From an uncultured Alphaproteobacteria bacterium (lineage in GTDB: Bacteria > Pseudomonadota > Alphaproteobacteria > Rhizobiales > Xanthobacteraceae), in the NCBI GenBank assembly GCA_963790975.1, contig CAWBQV010000005.1, positions 124,948 through 188,947 on the forward strand: 64,000 nucleotides of DNA. The letters are read 5' to 3'. The position numbers were made by a program, and so were the translations under genes. How positions within the stretch are numbered: position 1 is the stretch's first letter; each line of letters opens with the position of its first letter. This document shows, piece after piece, positions 1-8,642 of the stretch. The notes beneath the pieces were generated by a model. The model worked only from the letters and a program-made list of their open reading frames with translations. It did not search any database and was not told where the DNA came from.

Positions 1-193
1 GATCGGAAAAATTGATGTTCGGCGCCGGATGATTGACGATGATGCCCATGGCGCCTTCCGAAGAATGCGCACAGATATAGACCACCGAGCGCGAGAACCG
101 CTCGTCGCCCATCGCCGGCATGGCGATCAGCATCTGGCCGTCGAGATAGCCTCGGCGCCGGCTCTTTTCCGATGTGCCGCGCGGTAATTTCAT
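1..193 (-). CDS. YqgE/AlgH-family (UPF0301) protein, N-terminal fragment; gene continues beyond the left edge
   Basis: Minus-strand ATG at 193..191. My translation [62 protein letters not shown] matches the conserved N-terminus of this family. Confidence 0.7.
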   Translation of the reverse strand, partial: MKLPRGTSEKSRRRGYLDGQMLIAMPAMGDERFSRSVVYICAHSSEGAMGIIVNHPAPNINFSD

Positions 194-364
194 AGCAGAA
201 AGGTTAGCCGATCGATCCGTATTTGCAAACGAACGCGCCCGTCAAAAGTTCACGATATCCCACTCGATTGCGGCGACAGGGTGGCTCGACATTAACGTGT
301 CATCGAACTCTAACTCACGATCATGTCAGTGGCGTTGACGCGCGGTTCGCCTTAGACAGCGGCC

Positions 365-1222
365 ATGCCGACATTGCTTCGTTTGACATTTGCCCTCGCC
401 GCGTTGATCTGCCTCGCCGGCATGCCGGCGCGGGCACAAGACGCGTCCGATTGGGATGGGCAAGGCCATACCGCGGCGCGCCTGATCGCCGGTTCAAAGA
501 TCAAAACCGCCGACGCCGAATTTCTGCGCGCCGGTGTCGAAATCAAGCTCGATCCCGGCTGGAAGACCTATTGGCGCGATCCCGGCGATTCGGGAGTGCC
601 GCCGACGCTGGATTTTTCCGGCTCCGACAACGTGAAATCGGTAACGCTGTTGTGGCCCGCGCCGGAACTGTTTCCCGACGGCGCCGGCGGCAATTCGATC
701 GGCTATGTCGATCACGTCATCCTGCCGTTGCATATCGCGCCGACCGACGCGGCCAAACCATCGTCGCTGCAACTCAAGCTCGGCTACGCGGTTTGCGGAA
801 CTTTGTGCGTGCCGGTGGAAGCAAATCTTAAATTGCCGCTCTCCGGCGACGGCGCCGAGGAGGCCGCCCTCGAGAAGGCGGAGATTCGCGTGCCGCGGCG
901 TGTTGCATTGGGCCAGGTCAGCGGCAGTGACGGCAAAGGCCTTGCCATTCTCGCACTGCATGTCGAGCCCGGCGACGCGCATGAGCGCGTCGTGGTCGAG
1001 GTTGCGGCGCCCGCCGGCGCGCCGGTCAGTCTTTTCGTCGAAGGTCCGACGCCGGATTGGTCGCTGCCGGTGCCGCGACAGACCGGCACCGCCGGAGGCA
1101 CGCGGCAATTCACCTTCGATCTCGATGGGCTGCCGCCCGACACCAAGCCCGCGGGCGCGACGCTGACCTTCACCGCCGTTTCCGACGACGACGCCATCGA
1201 GGTTCCGGCCCATCTCGACTAA
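365..1222 (+). CDS. periplasmic DsbD/ScsB N-terminal-domain (thiol:disulfide interchange) protein
   Basis: 285-aa track ORF. Signal-peptide-like MPTLLRLTFALAALICLAGMPARA, then LDPGWKTYWRDPGDSGVPP and GYAVCGTLCVP motifs typical of the DsbD alpha-type domain. Confidence 0.7.
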   Translation: MPTLLRLTFALAALICLAGMPARAQDASDWDGQGHTAARLIAGSKIKTADAEFLRAGVEIKLDPGWKTYWRDPGDSGVPPTLDFSGSDNVKSVTLLWPAPELFPDGAGGNSIGYVDHVILPLHIAPTDAAKPSSLQLKLGYAVCGTLCVPVEANLKLPLSGDGAEEAALEKAEIRVPRRVALGQVSGSDGKGLAILALHVEPGDAHERVVVEVAAPAGAPVSLFVEGPTPDWSLPVPRQTGTAGGTRQFTFDLDGLPPDTKPAGATLTFTAVSDDDAIEVPAHLD

Positions 1223-1288
1223 TTCGCCGGGCACGCTAGTTTGGGCGCCCGAGAAACTTCAACCACCTTATGCGAGAGGATTGAGATC

Positions 1289-1771
1289 ATGGCTATCAAG
1301 GTCGGCGACCGCGTACCCACCGGCAGCTTCATGGTGATGACGGCCGAGGGGCCGAAGCCGAAGACCACGGACGAATTGTTCAAAGGCAAGAAGGTGGTGC
1401 TGTTTGCAGTGCCGGGCGCCTTCACGCCGACCTGCCACAAAAATCACCTGCCGGGCTTCGTCAAGAACGCGGGCGCGATCAAGTCCAAGGGCATCGACAC
1501 GATCGCGGTGACCGGCGTCAACGACGTGTTCGTGATGGATGCCTGGAAGAAAGCTTCCGGCGGCGATGCCATCGAATTTCTGGCCGACGGCAGCGCCAAT
1601 TGGGCCAAAGCATTGGGTCTGGTCGCTGACCTGACCGAACGCGGGCTCGGCGTACGGTCGCAGCGTTACGCCATGGTGGTCGAAGACGGCGTGGTGAAGA
1701 CGCTCAACGTCGAGGACGCGCCGGGCAAAGCCGAGATTTCCGGCGCCGATAATCTGCTGAAGTCGATCTGA
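1289..1771 (+). CDS. Prx5-type atypical 2-Cys peroxiredoxin
   Basis: GAGAGGA Shine-Dalgarno just upstream of ATG 1289. [10 protein letters not shown]...[14 protein letters not shown] peroxidatic-Cys motif. The track ORF start at 1241 is judged an upstream extension. Confidence 0.9.
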   Translation: MAIKVGDRVPTGSFMVMTAEGPKPKTTDELFKGKKVVLFAVPGAFTPTCHKNHLPGFVKNAGAIKSKGIDTIAVTGVNDVFVMDAWKKASGGDAIEFLADGSANWAKALGLVADLTERGLGVRSQRYAMVVEDGVVKTLNVEDAPGKAEISGADNLLKSI

Positions 1772-1788
1772 GGGACATTGGCATCGTC

Positions 1789-1817
1789 GTAGGGGCGGGT
1801 TTCAAACCCGCCCCTAC
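1789..1817. terminator. perfect 11-bp hairpin between convergent prx and rnhA (GTAG-leading, REP-like)
   Basis: GTAGGGGCGGG (1789-1799), loop TTTCAAA, CCCGCCCCTAC (1807-1817). It overlaps the rnhA stop codon at 1814..1816. Confidence 0.55.
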
Positions 1818-2273
1818 GAAAGCCGCCCACGAATTTCCGCGATCGCCTCTTGCACAAGTGCATCGGCGCGCTCGTTGAGGTCGTGACCCGAATGGCCACG
1901 CAGCCAGTGCCAGCGAATTCTGATGCTGGCCGAGTGCGGTCTCGAGACGCTGCCACAGATCGACATTCTTGACCGGCTTCCTGTCCGCGGTGCGCCAGCC
2001 GTTCTTCTTCCAGGTCTTGATCCAGGACGTGATGCCGTCGCGCAGATATTTGCTATCGGTGTGCAGGTCGATCCGGCATGGTCGCTTGAGCGCTTCGAGC
2101 GCGGAGATCGCGGCCATGAGCTCCATGCGATTGTTGGTGGAACTGGCTTCGCCGCCCTTGAGCTCCTTCTCGTGATCGCCAAAGGACAGTATCGCGCTCC
2201 AGCCGCCCGGACCCGGATTGGGCGAGCAACCACCGTCGGTATGAACGACAACGTGCGGCAGTTCGGTACTCAC
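1814..2273 (-). pseudogene. rnhA: ribonuclease HI, reading frame interrupted by one extra base (probably a sequence artefact)
   Basis: GTG start at 2273 overlaps the thrB stop (GTGA). Track ORF 1704..2456 gives [24 protein letters not shown]...[16 protein letters not shown]...[18 protein letters not shown]. The RNase HI C-terminus [22 protein letters not shown] continues in the frame of track ORF 1814..2251. The switch is at GAATTC 1915..1920. Length is 460 nt = 3n+1. Confidence 0.85.
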
Positions 2274-3238
2274 GGCGCGCTCACTCCGTAATCGCGCGCG
2301 CTTTTGATTTTCTGATGGAAGCGAAGCTTGCGCGCATATTCGCGCGGGTCCTTGGGCCGCACCAGCGCGCCGGGCGGCACGTCGAGCCAGTCGACCAGCC
2401 GGGTGAGCAGAAAGCGCAGCGCCGCCCCGCGGGCAAGGAGCGGCAGCTTGTCCCATTCGTCGTGCGACAGCGGCCGCACCTTGGCATAGGCGGCCAACAG
2501 CGCCCGGCCTTTGGTGACGTTATAGGAATGGTCGGACTCAAAGCACCAGGCGTTGAGACAGATGGCGACGTCGTAGGTCAACGTGTCGGTGCAGGCAAAA
2601 TAGAAATCGATTAGACCGGACAGTTTTTCGCCGAGAAAAAACACATTGTCCGGGAACAGGTCGGCGTGGATGACGCCCTGCGGCAGCCCGCGCGGCCAGT
2701 CGCGCTCCAGCACTTCAAGCTCGGCGGCGACCAGCGTCTCGAGATTGCGCTCGACCTTATGCGCGCGCTCGCGACAGCCTTCGTAGAGCTGGCGCCAGCC
2801 GGCGACCGACAGCGAATTCTCACGGCGCATGGGGAAATCGGCGCCGGCGAGATGCAGATGCGCCAGCGCCTCGCCAAGCGCCGCGCAATGGGCCGCGCTC
2901 GGTCGGCGGATCCACAAGCCATCGAGGAAGGTGACGATCGCGGCCGGCCGGCCGGCCAGTTTGCCCAAAAGCTTGCCGGCGCGGTTTTTCACCGGCTGCG
3001 GACAGGTGATGCCGTGGCTCGCCAGATGCTCCATCAGCGCCAGAAAGAACGGCAAATCGCGCTCGGCGACGCGCCGCTCATAGAGCGTGAGGATGTAATT
3101 GCCGCCGTTGGTGTGAACCAGGAAGTTGGAGTTTTCGACGCCCTCGGCAATGCCCTTATAGGCAAGCAGCTCGCCGATGTCGTAACCGGCAAGAAAGCGG
3201 CCAAGTTCCTCCGCCGCGACATCGGTGTAAACCGCCAT
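2270..3238 (-). CDS. thrB: homoserine kinase, type II (aminoglycoside-phosphotransferase fold)
   Basis: [57 protein letters not shown] is the characteristic ThrB type II N-terminus. [11 protein letters not shown] kinase motif. Start taken at the second Met (3238). Confidence 0.85.
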   Translation of the reverse strand: MAVYTDVAAEELGRFLAGYDIGELLAYKGIAEGVENSNFLVHTNGGNYILTLYERRVAERDLPFFLALMEHLASHGITCPQPVKNRAGKLLGKLAGRPAAIVTFLDGLWIRRPSAAHCAALGEALAHLHLAGADFPMRRENSLSVAGWRQLYEGCRERAHKVERNLETLVAAELEVLERDWPRGLPQGVIHADLFPDNVFFLGEKLSGLIDFYFACTDTLTYDVAICLNAWCFESDHSYNVTKGRALLAAYAKVRPLSHDEWDKLPLLARGAALRFLLTRLVDWLDVPPGALVRPKDPREYARKLRFHQKIKSARDYGVSAP

Positions 3239-3286
3239 GAGGCGCTCCAAAAGTCCATGGCGGATTGCCCGGCATCGGTGCCCGCG

Positions 3287-3892
3287 TCAAGGTGTGCCGC
3301 CGGCAAGCCAGGCGGCGAAGCGGGCATAAAGGTCGGCGGTTTGCGGCCCTCGGTCGCGGTAGATCACGGGCGCCAGCGTGCGGCCCTGCGCATGCGCCAG
3401 CCGAAACGCCATGTAGCGGTACTGCTCCGGATAATGCGCGGTCGAGGCCGCCTCAAACAGCGCATCGAATTTGGGCGACGGCTCGACCGGATCGAGCCGG
3501 TCGCGCTCGTAGATCGCGGCGCGCTCGGCGATCAGCCAGCCGGTGCCGTGGCGTTCCAGCCGGTCGAGAAAGCGCGAGCACGAGGTCAGATCGACTTCGA
3601 CGCCCTCGAATTTCTGCCGCACGCGAATGATGACGGGCGTTTCGGCCACGGCGCGATCCTGCGCGATCTTGATGGCCGGCGCGAACAGATGATGGCGCGA
3701 CCAGTTGTGGCCGGCCTCAAAGCTCGCCCGGCAGCGTTCGACGAATTGCTCGAACGAGCCGCGAAACCACGAGATGGAAATATGGCCGTCGGGCGTGAAT
3801 GTGCCGCGCAGTTCCTGCCATTTGCCCTGGTCGCGATAGATGCCCCAGGCCTGGATCAGTTCGGCGATGGCGAGTTTTTCAGCAAATTCCAT
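3287..3892 (-). CDS. NTF2-like (SnoaL_4-type) protein
   Basis: 201-aa track ORF. MEFAEKLAIAELIQAWGIYRDQGKWQELRGTFTPDG resembles SnoaL-like/NTF2 family N-termini. Function unknown. Confidence 0.55.
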   Translation of the reverse strand: MEFAEKLAIAELIQAWGIYRDQGKWQELRGTFTPDGHISISWFRGSFEQFVERCRASFEAGHNWSRHHLFAPAIKIAQDRAVAETPVIIRVRQKFEGVEVDLTSCSRFLDRLERHGTGWLIAERAAIYERDRLDPVEPSPKFDALFEAASTAHYPEQYRYMAFRLAHAQGRTLAPVIYRDRGPQTADLYARFAAWLAGGTP

Positions 3893-3904
3893 GGCGCCCC
3901 CGGA

Positions 3905-4516
3905 TCACGCGTCATCGACGGGCTGTGTCGCGCGCGCCGACGGGCGCGCCGCGAACGAAGCGTGCCAATTGGCAAGGTGCAAATGGCCCTTGCGCCAATC
4001 TTCATCGGCAAAGCGGAAATCGAGATAAGACAGCGCGCAACCGATGGCGATATGGCCGATGCTGAACGGCATGGTGGTCAGCGCTTCGACTTCGCGTTCC
4101 AGACTGTCCAGCACGGCCGCTTTTCGCGCCGCCGTGCTCGCCATATGGGCGGCCGATGGTTGCGGGCGCTGGCGCTCGTTGCGCAGCGTCACCATCATAT
4201 CGAGAAAGCCGTCGCCGAGCGCTTGGCGGCGCAGCGCAATCATGCGCGCCTTGGACTGTTTCGGGAAAAGCTTCGGCGCGCCGTCGAGCGCGTCGAGATA
4301 TTCGCAGATGACGGGTGAATCATAGATCACCGTGCCGTCGTCGAGCACCAGCGTCGGTATTTTCGACAGCGGATTGTCCTTCATCAATTCCGCGTGCGGC
4401 GTGGTCATTTTCGCGACCGTGCGGATGCAGGTGATGCGATCAGCGACGCCGCGCTCGTGAGCGACGATCATGACCTTGCGCACGAAGGGCGAGCGCGGCG
4501 ACCAGTGCAGCTTCAT
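3905..4516 (-). CDS. glutathione S-transferase
   Basis: MKLHWSPRSPFVRKVMIVAHERG...NPLSKIPTLVLDDGTVIYDSPVICEYLD shows a GST N-terminal thioredoxin-like domain. Start taken at MKLHW (4516). Confidence 0.85.
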   Translation of the reverse strand: MKLHWSPRSPFVRKVMIVAHERGVADRITCIRTVAKMTTPHAELMKDNPLSKIPTLVLDDGTVIYDSPVICEYLDALDGAPKLFPKQSKARMIALRRQALGDGFLDMMVTLRNERQRPQPSAAHMASTAARKAAVLDSLEREVEALTTMPFSIGHIAIGCALSYLDFRFADEDWRKGHLHLANWHASFAARPSARATQPVDDA

Positions 4517-4675
4517 GGTCGATCCTTGGACCAATGCTCTCCCGGCGATGCCATTTTGAGCGCGGATAGTGATGGCGATTTAACAGCCCGGACGCTAGCA
4601 TTCTGCATCATCGTGGCCGGGCGATCCACCGCTCGCCGCCCCGCAACTCCCATCAGCCAACCGGAACATTTCGCA

Positions 4676-5275
4676 ATGGATTACGACCCGCGCAGCGAGC
4701 CGCACAATCTCGCGCATGACCCGACCACGAGCCTTGTCGTGCCGCGACCGATCGGCTGGATCAGCACCATCAGCCCCTCGGGCGTGGTCAATCTCGCGCC
4801 CTACAGTTTCTTCAACATGATCGCCAGCCATCCGCCCTTTGTCATGTTCTCCTCGAATTCGCGCAAGCACTCCCAAGCCCATGCCCAGAGCGGCAACGAA
4901 TTCGTATTCAATCTGGCGACCCACGAGCTGCGCAACGAGATGAACGTCAGCGGCGGCAACTATCCGGAGGATGTCAGCGAACCCGAAGTGGCCAAGCTTG
5001 CCATGACGCCGTCGCGCAAGGTCAAACCACCGCGCGTCGCTAAATCGCCGATCGCGCTCGAATGCATCTACTCGCAAACGGTGAATCTGGTCGGCAGCAA
5101 CGGCAAGAAGCACAATTACGAAATGGTAATCGGCGAAGTCGTCAATGTGCATATCGACGACGCCGTGATCGTCGACGGCTTGATCGATATGGCGCGCATC
5201 CGGGCAATCGGTCGGCTCGGCTATCGCGGCGATTACAGCGTCGTCGACAATATCTTCTTCATGGCGCGAGTGTAG
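4676..5275 (+). CDS. flavin reductase-like FMN-binding protein
   Basis: ATG at 4676 in the frame of track ORF 4394..5275. VVPRPIGWISTISPSGVVNLAPYSFFN is the flavin reductase domain signature. Confidence 0.85.
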   Translation: MDYDPRSEPHNLAHDPTTSLVVPRPIGWISTISPSGVVNLAPYSFFNMIASHPPFVMFSSNSRKHSQAHAQSGNEFVFNLATHELRNEMNVSGGNYPEDVSEPEVAKLAMTPSRKVKPPRVAKSPIALECIYSQTVNLVGSNGKKHNYEMVIGEVVNVHIDDAVIVDGLIDMARIRAIGRLGYRGDYSVVDNIFFMARV

Positions 5276-5370
5276 GGTGGGCATCGCGCGATTGGAATCC
5301 GCGTGGGCAAAATCGTACAGGCGCGATGCCCACGCGGACGGCTAGGCGCGAACGATTTTGCCCACCCTAC
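5272..5370. repeat. REPIN-like nested palindrome doublet (GTAG-type REP family)
   Basis: Outer arms are GTAGGGTGGGCA...TGCCCACCCTAC and inner arms are CGCGTGGGCA...TGCCCACGCG. It lies between convergent genes and has the same architecture as 62869-62969. Confidence 0.75.
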
Positions 5371-6245
5371 GAAGTCAATTTCGCGGCCATAGATACCGCC
5401 TCCTGCAATCCCTTCGCGATCCCACAGCCGGCGGCGGCGAGCGCCTCGAGTTTGGCGCCGGCGCTTTCGCGCGCGCTGCCGACGAGCGCGCCGGAATGCC
5501 CCATCTGCTTTTGCGCCGGCGCATGGCGGCCGACGACCATGGCGATGATGGGCTTGGCGAAGTTTTGCGCCGCTTCGGCAAAAGCATATTCCTTGTCGCC
5601 GCCGATCTCACCGCAGAACAGCACCGCCGTGGTCGCATCGTCGCTGGCGAGCGCTTGCAGATATTCATGCGGATTGCGGCCGATGACGGTGTCGCCGCCG
5701 ATATGGACGACAATGCGCTGGCCGATTCCGGCGAGCGTCAACTGCCGTGCCAAGGCAAGCGCCACCGTGCCGCTGCGCACCACGACCGCGAGGCGTCCCG
5801 GCATGCAGAAGCTCGGCGCGATGGAGCCGAGCAATCCGCGGCCCGGCACGAACAGGCCGAGCGCGTTCGGCCCAATGAGCCAGCTTCCCGCCGCGCGCGC
5901 AGACGTCACGGCGGCAAGCGCATCGTGCACCGGCACATATTCGGCCGCCGCCATGATGGTCGGAATATGCGCGGCTGCGCACGCGGCGATGGCATCGCGC
6001 ACGCCTGCGGCCGGCGTATATATCAGCGCGATGTTCGGCTGTTGCGGGATTTCAGCGATGTGATCGTAAAGCGGCAGACCGTCCATCGCGCCGCCGCCGC
6101 GGCCGAGCGCGACGCCGCCGATGAGCGGCGTGCCGGCGGCGATCATGCCGGCAACCTGATTGCGCGCATAGCGCCCGGTCGGGCTGACCACCGCGACGCG
6201 CCACGGCTCAGGCTCAAGGAACGGCAGCCGCAACTGGCCCGACAT
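5367..6245 (-). CDS. succinyl-CoA synthetase alpha-subunit-like CoA-binding protein
   Basis: 292-aa ORF. GGVALGRGGG, SRSGTL-like RSGTVA and phosphohistidine-loop-like QMGHSGALV motifs are collinear with SucD. Confidence 0.75.
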   Translation of the reverse strand: MSGQLRLPFLEPEPWRVAVVSPTGRYARNQVAGMIAAGTPLIGGVALGRGGGAMDGLPLYDHIAEIPQQPNIALIYTPAAGVRDAIAACAAAHIPTIMAAAEYVPVHDALAAVTSARAAGSWLIGPNALGLFVPGRGLLGSIAPSFCMPGRLAVVVRSGTVALALARQLTLAGIGQRIVVHIGGDTVIGRNPHEYLQALASDDATTAVLFCGEIGGDKEYAFAEAAQNFAKPIIAMVVGRHAPAQKQMGHSGALVGSARESAGAKLEALAAAGCGIAKGLQEAVSMAAKLTS

Positions 6246-6299
6246 GCGCTAATCTCTCGGAAATGGCGCCGGACGGCGCCAGGGAGGAAGCGGCCCATT

Positions 6300-7445
6300 A
6301 TGCGTCTTGCCGAGGTCGACGGAAAAGCCTTGCTGCGCCGCCACGGTCTAGCCGTGCCACGCGGCGTGCTGGTGCCGGCCGGCGACAATCCACCGGACGA
6401 AGCGGCATCCTGGCCCGGATTCTGGCTTAAGGCGCAAATCCTCGAAGGCGGCCGCGGCAAAAGCGGACTGGTCCGGCGCTTCGATAAACTCGCCGATATG
6501 CGCGATGCGCGCCGCCTGATCCTGGCCACGCTCGACGACGCCGATACGCCGCTTCTCCTCGAAGAGGCAGTGCCGATCGCGCGCGAGATTTTTGTTGCGG
6601 TCCGTGTCGACGGCACGGCGCAGCGGCTCGAACTTCTGATCGCGGCGCAGGGCGGCGAGAATGTCGAGCAATCGGCAAAGCTTGCGCGCATCCCGGTCGA
6701 CGACGCGGCAGCGCTGGCGGCGGATGCGATTTTTCCGGCCATCGCCAAGCTGTTTCCACGCGAGCTTGCGGCGCGGCTGGCGCGCTACGCCGCGCGGCTG
6801 CCGGAAATCGCCTGTCAGGAGGATCTTGAGCTTTTGGAGATCAACCCGCTGGCGCTGACGCAAGACGGCAGCCTGATCGCCTGCGATGCCAAAATCGTCC
6901 GCGACGACGCCGCCGGATTCCGCCACGACGCCGACGGGTTTGCCATCAGCCGCGAACTCGCCGAGCGCGCCATGACGCCGCTCGAACGCTCGGCGCGCGA
7001 TCTCGGTTTCCAGCTCGTCGAGACCAAAGGCGACGTCGTTCTCGTCACCTCGGGCGCAGGGCTTGCCATGATGATGATGGATCTGCTGGCCGATCACGGA
7101 TTGCGCGCCGCGACCTTCTTGGACAATCTGCGCGGGGCGCCGGATGAGACCATGACCGAGCGCTTGAAGATCGCTCGCGTACTTGCTGCGCGGCCGAACA
7201 TCAAGGCGATCGTGTTCCAGACCGTGATCGCCTCGCGCTCGCTTGCCGAGCGCGTCGATGCGCTCATCGCCTGGATCGGCGCCGAGCCGCTGCCGAAGCC
7301 GTTATTCGTCGGGCTCGCCGCCGGCCATGCCGCGACCCGCCAGATGAGTATCGAGGCGGCGGTGGAAAAGCTGCGCGCACTGGGCGTTGCCGCCTTCACC
7401 GACCCGGTCGCGCTGGTGCAAGCTGCGGCGCGGGCGGTCGGATAG
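6300..7445 (+). CDS. succinyl-CoA synthetase beta-subunit-like ATP-grasp protein
   Basis: AGGGAGGAAG upstream of ATG 6300. MRLAEVDGKALLRRHGLAVPRG resembles the SucC N-terminus. ELLEINPLA and VTSGAGLAMMMMD ligase-CoA-domain motifs. The long track ORF start (5358) is rejected. Confidence 0.7.
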   Translation: MRLAEVDGKALLRRHGLAVPRGVLVPAGDNPPDEAASWPGFWLKAQILEGGRGKSGLVRRFDKLADMRDARRLILATLDDADTPLLLEEAVPIAREIFVAVRVDGTAQRLELLIAAQGGENVEQSAKLARIPVDDAAALAADAIFPAIAKLFPRELAARLARYAARLPEIACQEDLELLEINPLALTQDGSLIACDAKIVRDDAAGFRHDADGFAISRELAERAMTPLERSARDLGFQLVETKGDVVLVTSGAGLAMMMMDLLADHGLRAATFLDNLRGAPDETMTERLKIARVLAARPNIKAIVFQTVIASRSLAERVDALIAWIGAEPLPKPLFVGLAAGHAATRQMSIEAAVEKLRALGVAAFTDPVALVQAAARAVG

Positions 7446-7477
7446 GACGGCAATTCGCCTGCGGTTTTAGGAGCGAC

Positions 7478-7714
7478 CTAGCTTGCGGCCGCAGCTTCCA
7501 CCTTCTTGCGGAAGCGCCAGAGCTGAAAGCCCTCGCCCTCGATGGCTTTTTCAATCGCCTCGCGGGAAAAATTATGCGGCGGCGCGCTGTCGGGTCCGAC
7601 GGCCCCCGTCACTGTCCACGGCCCGTGCTGCGCCGGCAGCCTGCTGCCGCGCAGATCGCCGGCAAAGGCGTGCAATTCGTTCCTGGTCTCGGACTTGAAG
7701 ATGAAGATACGCAT
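7478..7714 (-). CDS. small hypothetical protein
   Basis: 78-aa track ORF with protein-like composition (MRIFIFKSETRNELHAFAGDLRGSRLP...). No recognisable domain. Confidence 0.45.
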   Translation of the reverse strand: MRIFIFKSETRNELHAFAGDLRGSRLPAQHGPWTVTGAVGPDSAPPHNFSREAIEKAIEGEGFQLWRFRKKVEAAAAS

Positions 7715-7744
7715 GAACTGATCCTTTCTGCCATCTAGAGCGCA

Positions 7745-7835
7745 ATCGCTTCATATCGAAGCGATCGACGCTCCAGTTTTTTTCTTTAAGCATGATCTTT
7801 TCCGAAAACCGGTGTCCACTTTTCGGGATCATGCT
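7745..7835. repeat. composite intergenic hairpin element directly downstream of fdxA
   Basis: Hairpin ATCGCTTC/GAAGCGAT (7745-7765). A longer hairpin AGCATGATC..CCGAAAA..TTTTCGG..GATCATGCT (7789-7835) abuts the fdxA stop. Confidence 0.5.
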
Positions 7836-8171
7836 CTAGTCGCCCTGCCCTGGCGCGGGCGAGAACAACTGGAATTTGTCGGGCTTACCTTCCCACTCCT
7901 TGGCGTCCGCCGGCGGCTCACGCCGCACGGTGATATTCGGCCAGACCCTGGAATATTCGTTGTTGAGGGCGAGCCATTTTTCGAGACCAGGTTCGGTATC
8001 GGCCTTGATGGCGTCCACCGGGCATTCCGTCACGCACACCCCGCAGTCGATGCACTCATCGGGGTGGATCACGAGCATATTCTCGCCCTCGTAAAAGCAA
8101 TCCACGGGGCAAATCTCGACGCAATCCATCAACTTGCAGCGAATGCAGTTGTCGTCGACGACATAAGTCAA
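7836..8171 (-). CDS. fdxA: 7Fe ferredoxin (3Fe-4S/4Fe-4S)
   Basis: TTG start at 8171 gives (M)[54 protein letters not shown], the FdxA Cys pattern. 111 aa. Confidence 0.9.
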   Translation of the reverse strand: MTYVVDDNCIRCKLMDCVEICPVDCFYEGENMLVIHPDECIDCGVCVTECPVDAIKADTEPGLEKWLALNNEYSRVWPNITVRREPPADAKEWEGKPDKFQLFSPAPGQGD

Positions 8172-8370
8172 AATTGTCCGCCATTGTTGTTGAGCGGCGA
8201 GTGCGTTGTCGCAAATTGGATTGAAGGTCCGCCCGCCTTGAGCTGGCGTTTCGGTTGGCGGCACAATGCGCTTTTACCGCGTCAAAGTCGATGATTATGT
8301 CGGTTCGCGCGCAAAACGCGCATGGATTCGCCCGAAAATCGGCTTCCACGCTCCCGAGAGCGGGCGCGGC

Positions 8371-8634
8371 CTAAAAATCCTTGCTGTCGAGATCGTAGGA
8401 GCCTTTGCGGCCGCGCGAATAGACTTTGATCGCGGCGGCGTAAATCCGGTCGCGATTCATATCGAAGGCGTTGAGCAACCCTTTTTCGTCGCGGTTAATA
8501 TTCGGCTGAATGCGCTTGAGCGCCTCTTCAGTCACGAAAAACGACGTCTCCATCGCACTGTCATGTCCCCAGAACCGCACAGCATGCCGCGTCGGATCGT
8601 ACGAGCGGCTTGGATTTGGGAAATTCAGCGGCAT
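8371..8634 (-). CDS. DUF1488-like protein
   Basis: MPLNFPNPSRSYDPTRHAVRFWGHDSAMETSFFVTEEAL resembles DUF1488 proteins. Start taken at the internal Met (8634) so it does not overlap the upstream ORF. Confidence 0.6.
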   Translation of the reverse strand: MPLNFPNPSRSYDPTRHAVRFWGHDSAMETSFFVTEEALKRIQPNINRDEKGLLNAFDMNRDRIYAAAIKVYSRGRKGSYDLDSKDF

Positions 8635-8642
8635 CGCGGCAG

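Noticed and set aside
1915-1920. Programmed ribosomal frameshifting or genuine pseudogenisation as the explanation for the four frame breaks (1915, 8902, 39808, 54408)
   Set aside because: There are no slippery heptamers or stimulatory structures. Each break lies inside highly conserved catalytic or structural motifs. All four share the GANTC-plus-one-base signature, which fits a technical artefact better. This is not proven without read data.
2666-4318. 550-aa ORF on the plus strand
   Set aside because: It runs antisense to thrB, the NTF2-like gene and the GST gene. The Arg/Ala/Gly-rich composition is typical of shadow frames in high-GC DNA, whereas the opposite-strand genes have clear family motifs.
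5358-6299. N-terminal 314 codons of the 695-aa track ORF 5358..7445
   Set aside because: This part is antisense to the SucD-like gene and has shadow composition. The SucC-like homology begins at ATG 6300, which has a strong Shine-Dalgarno.
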